From Azolla caroliniana (Eukaryota > Plantae > Polypodiophyta), in assembly GCA_043228905.1 (NCBI GenBank), contig JBHGNT010000002.1, forward strand, positions 7,812,001 to 7,876,000: a stretch of DNA of 64,000 nucleotides. Reading direction: 5' to 3'. Positions 12,483-24,789 of this stretch are shown here, in pieces (position 1 is the stretch's first letter; each line of letters starts with the position of its first letter). The position numbers were made by a program, and so were the translations under genes. The notes under the pieces were generated by a model. The model was not told the DNA's origin. It saw only the letters and a list, made by a program, of their open reading frames with translations, and ran no database searches.

Positions 12483-15400
12483 TTACTTTTCTTCCGATTC
12501 AGCCTTGAATGGATTATCCGGCATTTCTCCATGATATGGCTTAAGCTGGAAACCATTGACCCATTTCGGCAAAATCTCACCTGATAGGGTTCCCAGTTGA
12601 TACGTACCATTTTTACTGTTCATGATCCAAACTGGTCCTGTCCATCTATACCTAAGTTTACCTAGCATAGCCCCCCATCCTGGTTTGGAAAACAAGTAAT
12701 TGTTGAAGTTGTGGTATTATCCCTAAGAGCTTTAGCTTCTACCCACTTCGTGTAGTAGTCAGTGGCAACTATAATATATCGATTGCCTGTTCTTACTGTT
12801 GCCGGTTTGAATGGGCCTACAAAATCCAAACCCCATTTCTGGAAAGGTTCAAGAGGTAACACAGGTTTAAACGGCATCCTGTCCTTTTCAGTCAGTTGTC
12901 CCATACGTTTGCATAAATCACATTTCTGACAATATTCGACTGCATCCTTCATCACTGTCGGCCACCATAAGCCACTGTTCCATGTTTTTCTGGCTGTGGT
13001 TTCTCCAGCATAGTGTCCTCCTGCAATTGCACAGTGCGATTCCTGAAGAATGACCAATTTTTCGAAATCTCGTACTGCTCTTCTCCAAATACCATCTGCT
13101 CTTTTATGATACAGAGGGTCGTTCAAAAGACAAAAATTACGACTCCGTACCGTCAACCTTTTCCTTTCGTCTGCCGATAGATGTTCGGGTGGTATCCCTG
13201 TTGTAAGAAAGATTGTCATCTCGGAGATCGAAGCATCCTCACTTTCTTCATTTATCTCTTGTGCATTTACTGCTTGCACTCGAATAAGCTGGGCATCTAG
13301 AAAATCATCTTTGACACATGTGGCTTCTTCTCCTGACTCGAGTTCTTAGATAATCAACCACTACATGTTGTACTCCTGGCCGATGTAAAATGTTGAATTC
13401 AAATTCTTGGAGTAGAAGAGTCCATCTTGCTAACTTACCAGTTAACTCCTGTTTTGAGACCAAATAAAGAAGAGCCGAATGATCAACATGAAATGTAAAC
13501 TTTTTCCCCAAAAGATAGTGTCGAATTTTATTGACACTATAGATCATTCCTAAAGCTTCCATCTCAGTTGTAGAATAGTTTCTCTCCCCTGTCGAGAGTT
13601 TCCGACTAGCATAGTACACTGGCCTGTACCAATTTGGTTCGGTCAATTGTATTGATGCCCTTCCGATTGCGATGTCTGATGCGTCGACAAAGACATGGAA
13701 TGGCTTATTCCAGTGAAGTGGTTGAACCACTAGAACTTTGGACAACATTTTCTTGAGACAATCATATGCATCCTGTTCCACACTTGTCCACTGAAAAAGG
13801 AACTTTGTGCACTGCTGTATGTAAGGGAATGGTGATATCCGCAAGATATCTTATCATTCTATTGTGCCATCTAATCTGACCTAAAAATGGACTGAGAGCT
13901 TTAGCATTTGTGGGTGCCGGTGCTTCCAGTATGGCTTTAACCTTGTCGGGGTCCACTGCAATTCCTTCTTGACTGACAATATGGCCTAATAATGTGCCAC
14001 TAGTGACCCCAAATGCACATTTTGCTGGATTTAAACTAAGCCGACCTTTCCGACCTTTCTCCAAATATAGTCGTAAATGCTCAAAATGTTCGGTTTTCCA
14101 ACTACAAAAAGCAAAATCATCCAAAAAGACTTGCATAATGTAGGAATGTAATCCCCAAATATTTCCTGTATCACTCTTTGGAATGTTGCCGGAGTGGTCT
14201 TCATGCCAAACATCATTACTACCACTACAAACACTCCCCATTCTGTAACAAAAGTTGTCTTTTCTTGATCTTCAGGATTCATCCGAGCCATCTAGGAAAC
14301 TATAGACTTCATGGCCAACTACCGCATCCAATATACCATCCGTAAATGGTAATGGGAATGCATATGTAACGGTAGCCACATTTAGTTTTCGGTAGTCGAC
14401 ACATACCCGAATCTTGCCATTCTTTTTCGGAACTACTACAATTGGACTTAACCATGTCGATTTTTTCACTGGACGAATAAAAAGTTTATCTATTTCTTCT
14501 TTTACTTTAATAGCATAATTAGGATTTAATCGGTACCTGCGTTCTTGAACTGGCTTTGCATCCTTATGCAGGTTGATTTGATGTTGACAGAAAGCTGGGT
14601 CAAGTCCCTTCATATCTTCAAAAGACCATGCAAAGACATCCTTATATTGCTTTAATAATGTCGTTAACCGTTGTTTGTCAGCTTCTATCATATCTTTAGC
14701 AATGAGTATTGTTTTCAACTCATTGTCCTTATCTTCTTCTGCCAAATAATGCTGAAGCTTGAACTTGTTGGGACACCTTCATCTTTTTGTCGGTAACTTC
14801 TTGCTGGAGTCGTATTTCCTTCATTGTTTGCTCATCTATTGGCAATTCCTCCTGGGATTCCACATATAGTGTCAAGGCTTGTAAAATATCCACTTCGAAC
14901 AAAGGAATGATTTTCGGATTATCATCAAAATACTGATTTTCTTCGACCTCATCTAATCCTTCCATCATATTGACAGACTCAACGCGCACTAGCAAACATT
15001 GTTTGCTTGTCGCAACCTTGTTCTGTGTAGACACCCGGATTTTCGTTTTGCTTTTTCTAAATGTTAGTTGATTCTGATTCCAATTCTGCTTGATGTTAGC
15101 AATCTTTAACCATGGGTGACCTAATAGCAAGGGATATGCACTAAGAGCTTCCAAATGAAGTATTATTGCCGATATTAGAAAGCTATGACCACCCAACACC
15201 ACCTCTAATTGTCGGAGTAAGCCAATTGGTCGTACCGTACTGGTATCTGCCATTCTTAGCCAAAATGGGCAAGCTTCCTATTTAGTAATACCCAACCTAT
15301 CACAGGTGGTTTTATTAATGACATTTACTCCTGAGCCACCATCGACAATCGCATTGTCGATCTCCTGACCATGAATTATTGCTTTAATCAATGGAATTTG

Positions 15401-17030
15401 CTCATCCATGATTGAAGGGCTGGTGCTCGGCTGACTATAGTGTACTGATACTTGTTCTGACCTTTTTTGGGCAATCAATGTCGCCACTTTTTCGATAAAT
15501 CTAGGACCCAACTTAAGTAATCCGATCAGCGGTAGTGATACTTGGCAATCTGCTAAGATCTTCCAAGTTTCCTCTTGTTCTAGTACAACAATAACTCCTA
15601 GTAATTCGGTAGCTTGGTTAATTTCATTGTCTTGGTGCATCCGGTTTACATTATTTTGGTTTGCTTCCTCTACCCATTCCTTGATTGCTTTTCAAACTAC
15701 TTCCTGAATCTCCCACTCAGATTGTTTACTTTTGCTTCTAGTGGTTACTTACTATATTTCCAGTATAACCATATTAACCGCCGGGCCTTTTCCTTTAGCA
15801 GGACATTGATTAGCATAATGACCTATTTGACGGCAGATATAGCAAGTAGGAACAAACGTTCCACTTCCCTCACCTTGCACAAACTAACCAGTCCCATCAT
15901 TTTGCATAAACTGTTGACCATCATTCCCATTAGAATTCGGTGATTGCTAAAACTGTCGTGAGGCTTTCGGCTTGTAGAATTTTTTATTTTTATACTGGTT
16001 TTACTTAAACCGTCCTCCATTTTGCTGTTACTGATTCATATTCTGTGCTACCGAGAATTCTTGATTTTGTGGAAATTTATTTTGTTGAAAATCTTGATTG
16101 TGCTGAAAATTATTTTGTTTGAAAAGCCTAATTATTTTGTTGAAAAGCTGGATTCTGCTGGAAATTATTTTGCTGAAATGCTTGATTTTGTTGAAAATTA
16201 TTTTGTTGATTTTGTGGAAAACTATTCTATTGGTACCCATTATTGAACAAATTCTGGTTATTTTGGTACCCATTTTCTGGAAAAATTTGTATTACCGGAG
16301 CCATCATCTTATTGAGCAAGTTATACTCACATCGCTCGACTGAATGAAATTTAGAATGACATATTGTGCAATGTGTTCGTAGACTACATTTGATCGCCGA
16401 ATGACCAGTAGTTAAACAAGTAGTACACTGAACTGCTTGTCGAAATTGTAGCTCCTCCATCGTTGGCAATGTACGATTTAGTGCCGACATATCCATACTC
16501 CGTACATTTATCGACGGTTGGCCCATAGCGATTGCCTTATCAATCACTTGCTCGATATTATGATTCCAGAAATCGAACACCTCCAGTGTTGTTCGTAATG
16601 GTTCACGAATTGCTTCAAGGAATACATCCTTCAATTCATTGTCCGGAATAGGCCTAGAAATTTGAAGTTGTAAATTCTGAAAACGGATCACGAATTGAGA
16701 CACCGTTTCATGCTGCTCCCAATACAACGCATAAAATTGCACTATCAAATCCTTTTGAGGTATCTAACGATGAAATAACTGCAGAAATTTGTTGGTCAAT
16801 TGTTCGAATGTGTCAAACCCACGGAGACCATTTTGCACAAACCAATTAGCGGAATAACCATCAAATGACAAAATGAACTCAACAATCTTAGACTTATCTT
16901 CGGCTACCCCCGACAGCCTCTAAGCTCCATGGTTAATCTCCCATGTTGTCAGGAAATCCCTCACATGCGCTTCTGCATCAGCTCCCTCACGGAACTTAGA
17001 ATACGGATAAGGCATATTGTCCTCACTCTA
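12483..17030 (-). pseudogene. gag-pol: G3 gag-pol (frameshifted)
   Basis: Gag with two CCHC-like knuckles (16227-16748), protease AIVDGGSGVN, RT (CVDYRKLN, VFLDDF), RNase H (VFVDASDIA), integrase zinc-binding domain plus WGLDFVGP with the core partly deleted. Confidence 0.92.
16020..16260 (-). repeat. Coding minisatellite (N/Q/F-rich, QQNNFQQNQ-like units) in G3 gag
   Basis: Repeated TTGATTTTGT.GAAAATTATTTTG units. Confidence 0.8.
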
Positions 17031-17256
17031 GATATCATAAAATGATACCTCTTCCAGTTGATTTTCATTCGAAGACTGGCTATAAGTTAAATCAGGAAGT
17101 ACAGACCACCCTCTACTTGTTTTCGGCTGTAATTCCGCAGTTGATTCTGTCTCTAGCGCTTTCGTAACAGAACGCGTACGAGGAAGTTTACAACCGACTA
17201 GTGTATCTGGATAAGACGACATCCATTCGTCTTGTTCTTTGTTATGTGCAGATGTA

Positions 17257-17269
17257 ACCGGGCGTGCCA
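17257..17269 (-). promoter_or_regulatory. PBS complementary to tRNA-Arg(UCU)
   Basis: TGGCACGCCCGGT; matches the plant tRNA-Arg 3' end ...GGGCGUGCCA. Confidence 0.75.
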
Positions 17270-18694
17270 AAATTATACTATGTTGTTCAGTCAACAATTA
17301 CTACTTTGTCGACATAGTATAAGATGAACATTCGTACTGAACGTTCTATCAAGAAGTTGTGGTTAGACGAATAGATACGAATTAGTTGTAAACTTATCGG
17401 TGATAACAGACACCGAGATCGTGACTTATGTAATATAGCTTAGACAGAAGGAAATAGATAGCAAGAGCGATTGATACACAGAGATTTCCTAACTCAACTT
17501 TATATTACTAAATACAACGATAGATTTTTACAATGCCTTCGGTTCCTTTTATAGGTAACCCGAAGGTCTTTTCTCATCCAGAAATCCTACTGCCTATAAC
17601 TATCAAGAATTACAAAACTTCGTAACTAATTATATCCTATTCGGCTATCTGCTCAGTCATCAATCCGAACTATCGATCCAACTCCGACTCCGACTCCAAA
17701 CTTCCTTCCGACTCCGACGCATCCATACTTGTCCGATGGATAGTGCCATCGACGTTGTGCTTTACCTTGAAGATCCACCGACATCCAACTACCTTTTGGT
17801 GGTTTGAAGGAGGGACAAGATCCAATCTCTCGTTCTTGGACAGTGCTTGCATCTCCTCATTCATCACTTTCACCCATCTAGGGTCTTTCGCGGCTTCGGA
17901 ATAGTTTTTCGGTTCTCGGACTGCCAACACCTTCATCATGAATGCATAATGATTGCCATGTAATCGATGTAGCTGAATTGGCTAACTACGTTCTTTTCTT
18001 GGGTGGATCAACGTTGTTCTCTTGGTGTCCTCATGATGGGCACATCCAATCTACCAAATTCATTGTTAGATAAGTGATTCAAATCATTTCCAATTGAATC
18101 TTTGTACTCAGGCATTTTGGCCTTTCCTTTGTCCTATTTCAGACTCAGCCCCGAGGTACTTTGGTTGTTTGGAGGTTCTTGTGGTCCACTCATCCTGGTT
18201 GAGATTGGACTTTCCTCTAATGTGAACCTCAGTCAATCATCCTCCTCTGCATCTGTGTCGGGCTCGGTTTCGATTGTGTCAGGTCAAACTGGTTCAACTA
18301 TATACCAGGATGACGACTCTTTGACTCGTCGAATACTACATCCCTACTCATTCATACCTTCTTGATGGAAGGGTTGAAGCACTTATACCCTTTTTTCTCA
18401 AGTGAGTACCCTATGAGCATACATTTCTCTGGCTTGAGATCAAACTTCTGTCATAGGTCATCGGGAATATGTACATATGCAATTGAATCGAATATCCTAA
18501 CATGAGATAGATCTAGTTTCTTCCCATAGAACTTTTCACAGGGGGTAACTTCATGCACTCCTAATGTTGTGTAGCGATTCATTAGATAAACAACCGTATT
18601 CGCCACCTTAGCCCAATTTGACTTTGGTAGATGTTTCTCATTCATCATTGCCCTTGCCACCTCAAGTATGTGCGGATTCTTGTGTTCTGCTACT

Positions 18695-21421
18695 TGGGTA
18701 GGGGTGGTGGCTTCACCCCCCTGCCAAGGGGATTATGGTAGAGAGAAAGAGAAGGAGAGTGACAACAAGAAATGACACAAAAATGAGGGGAAAAAAGCTA
18801 TCTCTATTACATGCCCCATAAAGGGTTTATATAATACATAATGTAACGGTAAATAATATGTCCGTTACAAAAAGAGACCGTTACATTCTTGTCACATGCA
18901 CATAATTGTGCATGTGCTGACACATATTCATCCTCACATTCATATACATTACACATACCGAACAACCCCTTTAACGTGTTTTACCCTTAAACCGTCCCAT
19001 ACAACTCCTACGGGTAACACTCCTTCTTCGATCTCCAGTTGATGCTGCTGATCGAGGAGAATCATGTTCGAACAAGAAGCAATGTGCAAGAAGGAAAAAT
19101 GCTCTATTCGAACTTTGATGGAGGAAGAGGACAAGGTCGGGGAAGAAGATGCCAATTTGGCCAAGGGCGACACAACCAAGAACAACCCCAAGAACACAAC
19201 TTCCATTACTGACAGGACGTCTCGAACGCGCGAGGCGGAGCTTCCGAAAAAAGGGGAAGCAACCAGGCTGGCCCTTATGTTTCTGAAATTTTCTCTTCAT
19301 ACCCCTCTTCTCTTTCTTCATTCCCTTCTGTCTCCTCTTTTGCTTCTTTCTTTTCTTCTTGTGCGTTCTTCTCTTCTTCTGCTTCTTCTTCCTCCTCTTC
19401 ATTTCTATTTGTAGTTGTTTGTTAATTCTCACCTCTTGTTCCTCACATTCTTCTTCTTCGTTTGCCTGTACTTTACCTCAATCATCCGAATTAATCACAC
19501 CATGCGAGATTGAAGGAGATCTGAGATCATGCTCATAATCATGGTCTCTATCACGATCTCTAGATTGAGCAGCCAATTGTCACAATACTACCTTGATTGC
19601 ATGTGCTATGTCCTTGATGATTCTTCCACGCCTCCCTGTGTGAACTTATTATCAGATCAGTAATTATACTCATGCGGCGGCGGCGGCGATCTCTTCATCA
19701 AGAAGGGAGGGAGGAACCACACAGTTGATCCTTCCTTCTCTACCTCAAGGGATCCTGAATTCACTTACAAGGACCATTCTGATGCAGTAACAATATTGGA
19801 GTTTTGGATCATTGAAATACTCACAAAACTCTGATTTTGCTATAGAAACCTCACTTGGTGGTGGATAATGATCCACACTGGCCCATAGAACAAATGGGTG
19901 AGGATCATCATTTTGCAAACTAAATTCTGCATCATTCTTTGTGTAACATGTTGAGGGATATTTGAGTATGTAAAGACGATGCATGACTATAGGTGGTAAG
20001 AGAGTGAAATGCTTTTCTCCTATAACCATTACCTACAGATTCTCATAGTGATCTTTGTGGAAGGACTTGACTGGTTTTATTTTTTTATTTTATATTTTAG
20101 TGCCAATCCATAGATTTACTGCTTCAGGCATACATCACAACGCTTCTCCAATCCTTCTTCTCCCCCAACAATCTCATCCACGAGTATATGGAAAAACCCA
20201 ATGATGCTTGATTCCTTACCGCCTTCCTCAAATCTCTCCTCCATGAGGTCTGGCCTTTCCTCAAGCTCAAGTAGCTTCAACGACCACAACATGTTGGGCA
20301 GCATATCTCAGAGCTTTTGAATCGAGTCTTCCATATCCTCAAATCCCACACTTACGTTGACAAACACATTCTGTCGCCACATCTCGTCAAAGCCATCATG
20401 GCAGACATCCAAAACCAGATCCCACTCGCATGTGTCCAATAGGTGGTGAGGATTGATGTAGGTTGTGAGACCGAGGAGGAGGCACGACAGTTGCTTGATC
20501 TTTACTTGGTGGCTCTTGCCTAGCAGATGCTTCCCTTGTATAGATCCAAGGTGCAGATGTTCACCTATACATCAGGGAGATCGACGAGTCTGATGGCTGT
20601 GATGCACTCCTTGATGACAGAGAGTAGTAATACGGGATCAATCTTTTGCCACCACGGAATCAGGCCTCTACATATCAGATGTTGCAAGTGTATTAGGTCA
20701 AGAAGACAGGATCTCAGCAAAAGCAACAATGCATCCGTACACAAGCTAGGACAATTTGTCGGGTTTTAATGTAGCTCTCCACCTTGGGAAGCTGCCATGG
20801 CAGTGTGAAACACTAAATTTAGTGGTTGATAGTAGACAAGAAAAACTACACATATGCCAATGGGGTGTCAGTCTCCAAATCTTCACGTTAGGAGATTGAG
20901 CTTTAGGAAAAGATCTTCGATTGATGTAGAGGAGCTTGAAATATGCACAAGGCTATGAAAGCTTCAAGCGAGAAAAGGCAAAGAAGGGAAGCACTACAGT
21001 GCAGATAGAGTAACTGAAAGGGATTGAGAGAGGGAGAGAGGACTTCCTCTCAAGGGAGGGTCGGCCGTTTGGGCGTGCCAAAAGTGTTAATGGGTAGGGG
21101 TGGGGGGTGAAGCCTAGAATGGCTTCACCCCCCTCCCAAGTGGATCATGGTAGAGAGAAAGAGAAGGAGAGTGAAATGACACAAAAATGAGGGGAAAAAG
21201 CTATCTCTATTACATACCCCATAAGGGGTTTATATAATACATAATGTAACGGTAAATAATATGTCTATTACAAAAGGAGACCATTACATTCTTGTCACAT
21301 GCCATAATTGTGCATGTGCTCACACATACTCATTCTGACACTCATATACATTACACATACCGAACAACCCCTTTAACGTGTTTTACCCTTAAACTGCCCC
21401 GTACAACTCCTACTAGTAACA
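18695..21421 (-). mobile_element. Non-autonomous short-LTR element N1 (LTRs 18695-19019 and 21085-21421), tRNA-Arg PBS, rearranged
   Basis: About 330-bp direct repeats. The right LTR has TGTTA...TAACA termini. PBS TGGCACGCCCA at 21070-21080. No gag or pol motifs recognised in 19274-21069. Confidence 0.8.
19020..19273 (+). pseudogene. gag: Inverted copia gag fragment (SFFDLQLMLLIEENHVRTRSN...)
   Basis: Homologous to gag at 43420-43620 and 25840-25930. Continues in frame from the minus-strand piece at 21422-21457. Confidence 0.85.
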
Positions 21422-22089
21422 AGGAGGGTGGATTCTCCCTCGCGAGGACTGCCAACCTGTAAAGAATAGCATGCAGAAACTTGTAGACAAACTGGCTCAG
21501 CCAAATTACACCATTAAAACAACGAATGAAGGTTTAATGGAAGCTTAAGAGTAGAGAATACATAGGAGGGATAGAGAGATCAAAAAGCATAAACTTAATT
21601 CAAAATAATAATACTCTGTACATAGAATGTGCTCAGAGAACACTTTTATACAAGTCCATGAAAGGACTGATAGAAGTATTTACACATACTTCAATGCTCA
21701 TACGAGCGACTTACACTAACTCCCAAAAATATGCCAACATACTAGGCTAGATTCGTTGGCCTTCAAAGGCCTACCAATTACAATCCGATCCGGTTCCTGG
21801 TTCCGGATACCATCCAGACACTGATCCAACTGTTCGTTCTGGATACCGATCCGGCTCTAGATTATTCAGTAGATCTGGATCCAGTTGAGCTCGCTCGCTC
21901 AGTACTCCCCCTCAAGCTCAACTTGAGGTCGAATTGTGGTGTCAGTATCTGTGGTAGTCGGTTCTTCCGGCCGACTCCTTCTAGCGTCATGCCGCCTCAT
22001 TCACACTCCTCATCCAATCCGGTTCCTCCTTCTGCATCTTGTTCGGTTCTGCTCTCCTCGACCTCCTCGGTCAGCATGTTTGCTCAACA

Positions 22090-22569
22090 GGCCCATCTCA
22101 GCTCCTTCATTGTTGCGACTGTGGCGCTTGTCAACTCTTCATCTCCTCCGTATCGGTGTCGACTTCCACTCCCTCCTCGTCCACTTGGCCTTTAATAGAT
22201 CCGGCTCCTCTGAATCGGTTGTCTCTAATTCGTTCCAGCTCTTGTTCGAGTTGGTTGTCTCCAACTCGTCCTTTATCTCTAGACCCTTCACGACACCAGA
22301 CCACGTTTGTGTCTTATTCTTCTTCTTCCGGCCCATCTCAGCTCCTTCGCTACTACGACTGTGGTGCTTTTCAACTCGTCATCTCCTCCGTGTCGGTGTC
22401 GACTTCCGCTCCCTCCTCATCTGCTTGGCCTTTAGTAGATCCGGCTCCACTGAATCGGTTGTCTCTGATTCGTTCCAGCTCTTGTTCAAGTTGGTTGTCT
22501 CCAACTCGTCCTTTATCTCTAAACCCTTCACAACACCAAGCCATGTTTGTGTCTTATTCTTCTTCTTCC
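22090..22569. repeat. 240-bp tandem duplication (2 copies) in the C2 3' region
   Basis: GGCCCATCTCAGCTCCTTC...GTCTTATTCTTCTTCTTCC repeated at a 240-bp period. Confidence 0.9.
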
Positions 22570-24789
22570 AGTCGGCCTTGTCCTTCTTGACTTTGCCACC
22601 ATCACCGCTTGCTCGAACTTGTTCGGATATGCTGACTTCTTCAATTGACTCGCCTTCCTTTTTCTTCTTGTCTCCCCCTGTCTTGGTTCTTTCTTCCTCT
22701 CTGGCTCCTTGTCCAATGGCATTACCTGTTTCTATTCTCCCCCTCAAGTGTGGCACGTCAAGATGTTGTAGACCGAGCATCTCCAAGAAGTGTTGCAACT
22801 TATCCGATCCAAGCAGTTTGGTGAAGATTTCAACAACTTTCTAATCCGTTTGAGCATACCGAAGTTCAACTTCATCGCTCAGGACCCGGTCACGCACAAA
22901 GTGATAATGTACTTCTATGTGCTTTGTCCGAGCATGAAATATGTGGTTCTTAACAAGCTGTATGCTGCTTACGTTGTCACAATAGATCAGGATCGGGGTG
23001 GGTACGTAGATCCGCAGGTCTTGCAGCAACCGTCAAAGCCATATAACGTCACATGTGGCAATGGTAGCACCCTGATATTCAGCCTCACTGCTCGACAAAA
23101 CCATTGTTGGTTTCTTTCTTTGCTATACCACACAACAATTATGCTACCAAGAGAAAACTTGACTAGCATCTATATATCCGACTAGCATTTCAGCTAGACT
23201 GTGTCAGTATAACAGTCCCTTGTCCTTAGTGTTGTTAACATACCAGAGTATCCGGTGTACAAACTTAAGGTGCTCCATGGTTGGCTTCTACGTGAATTGG
23301 CTAATCACTCCAACTGGATATCTGATGTCGGGTCGGGTGATCGTCAAGTAGATAAGGCTTCCAACAATTTGTCAGAACCGTTTCTCGTTGCAGGTCGTTG
23401 TTGAGTCGAGACATAGCTTCAAATTCCAGTCCAAGGGTGTGGAGACTGGTCGGCAATCCGTCATGCCGAACTTGTACAACATATTCAACACATAATGTTG
23501 TTGTGAGAGAAATATGCCATCGGGGGTTTGGATCACCTTGATCCCTAGAAAATAATGACGGTCCCCCAGGTCCTTCACGGCCGACAGCTGGGACTTCACT
23601 CAGTCGATTTCATCGTGCCCGGGTCCGGTGATCACTAGATCATTTACATAAAGCAAGATACATGCTAGACCATCCGGACCTTTTTGGATGAACAGTGAAG
23701 AGTCAGATTTTGAAGCCACTAACCCATCTTATGCAACCACTGCGTGATCTTCGAATTCCAAGCTCGCGGGGCTTGCTTTAGACTGTAAAGCGACTTCTTG
23801 AGTTGGCACACTGTCGACTTGTTCACCTCTTATTGAAAACTGGGAGGCTAGATCATGTGGACCTGTTCTTCAAGGTCACCTTGAAGAAACACATTCTTCA
23901 CATCCATCTGATGAAGTTGCTACCTCCCTGCTGCAACAACTGCCAACACCACACAGACCATTGTCATCTTCCCTACCATAGCGAAGGTCTCGTCGTAGTC
24001 AATTCCATGGGTCTGTGCATATCCCTTCGCCACTAACCGAGCCTTGTACCGGTTGACCGAACCATCAACATTATACTTTACCTTATACACCCAATTGCAA
24101 CCGATTGGTTTGGAATGTCGGGGAGGATCAATCAGGTTCCATGTGTTGTTGGCATCCAGTGCCCGCATTTCTTCCTCCATAGCGGTACTCCAATGTGCGT
24201 TCTGTGCTACTTCTTCATAGCTTTTCGACTCACGCACTTCCGCCACCTTGGTCATGTACGCATAGTGATGCGACATGTACTCATTATATCCATACCTCTT
24301 TACGAGGTTCTTCTGGCAGGTTCATCGGCGATCATGTGGACCTGTTCTTCAAGGACACCTTGAAGAAACACATTCTTCACATCCATCTGATGACGATGCC
24401 ACCTCCTTGCCGCAGCAACTACCAACACCACACGGACCATTGTCATCTTCGCTACTCATGAGAGAGAGATGATAGAAAAGAGAGATAAATAAGATATATA
24501 GATCCAAAACAACAAAGATTTATTGATAATGAATGATTATGGTATAAGTAAGAGAGAAAGAAGATACATAAACTCAAGCCTACAAGGATAAATTGATCAC
24601 TAGAAAAACACACTACATGAATAGGCAAGAAAAACAGCACAAGAAAGAGACTCTTCTACCACCTTACTCTTCTTGCTTTATATAAAGTTCTCTTCCACTA
24701 GATAAGTTTCCCTTGCTTTCTTTTTTATGCTTTTTTTAGAGCTTTTCATCGTGTCCTATTCTTATCTATGACACAACAATATTCAAATC

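Larger units (their letters stand above)
8992..17736 (-). mobile_element. Ty3/gypsy non-chromovirus element G3 (tRNA-Arg primed) with gag-pol and an extra 3' ORF
   Basis: Direct repeats 9004-9432 and 17283-17736, PBS 17257-17269, PPT at about 9486-9498. Domain order GAG-PR-RT-RH-INT. TSD is lost because the right junction is deleted. Confidence 0.9.
8130..18694 (-). mobile_element. Decayed Ty1/copia element C1 (INT-RT part), split by G3
   Basis: RT motifs [10 protein letters not shown] and YVDEL in ORF 8465-8950; RT N-terminus 17737-17939; integrase C-terminal part 18451-18660. No LTRs retained. Confidence 0.85.

Noticed and set aside
18971-19432. Lys/Arg-rich 153-aa ORF as a protamine-like protein
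   Set aside because: It is an off-frame reading of a GAA-rich acidic tract fused to an inverted gag fragment and LTR.
21936-22844. Long plus-strand ORFs (302 aa, 183 aa) and similar antisense ORFs at 26350-27141 and 55575-56183
   Set aside because: These are shadow frames of GC-rich copia sequence or of the 240-bp duplication, with no independent coding signal.
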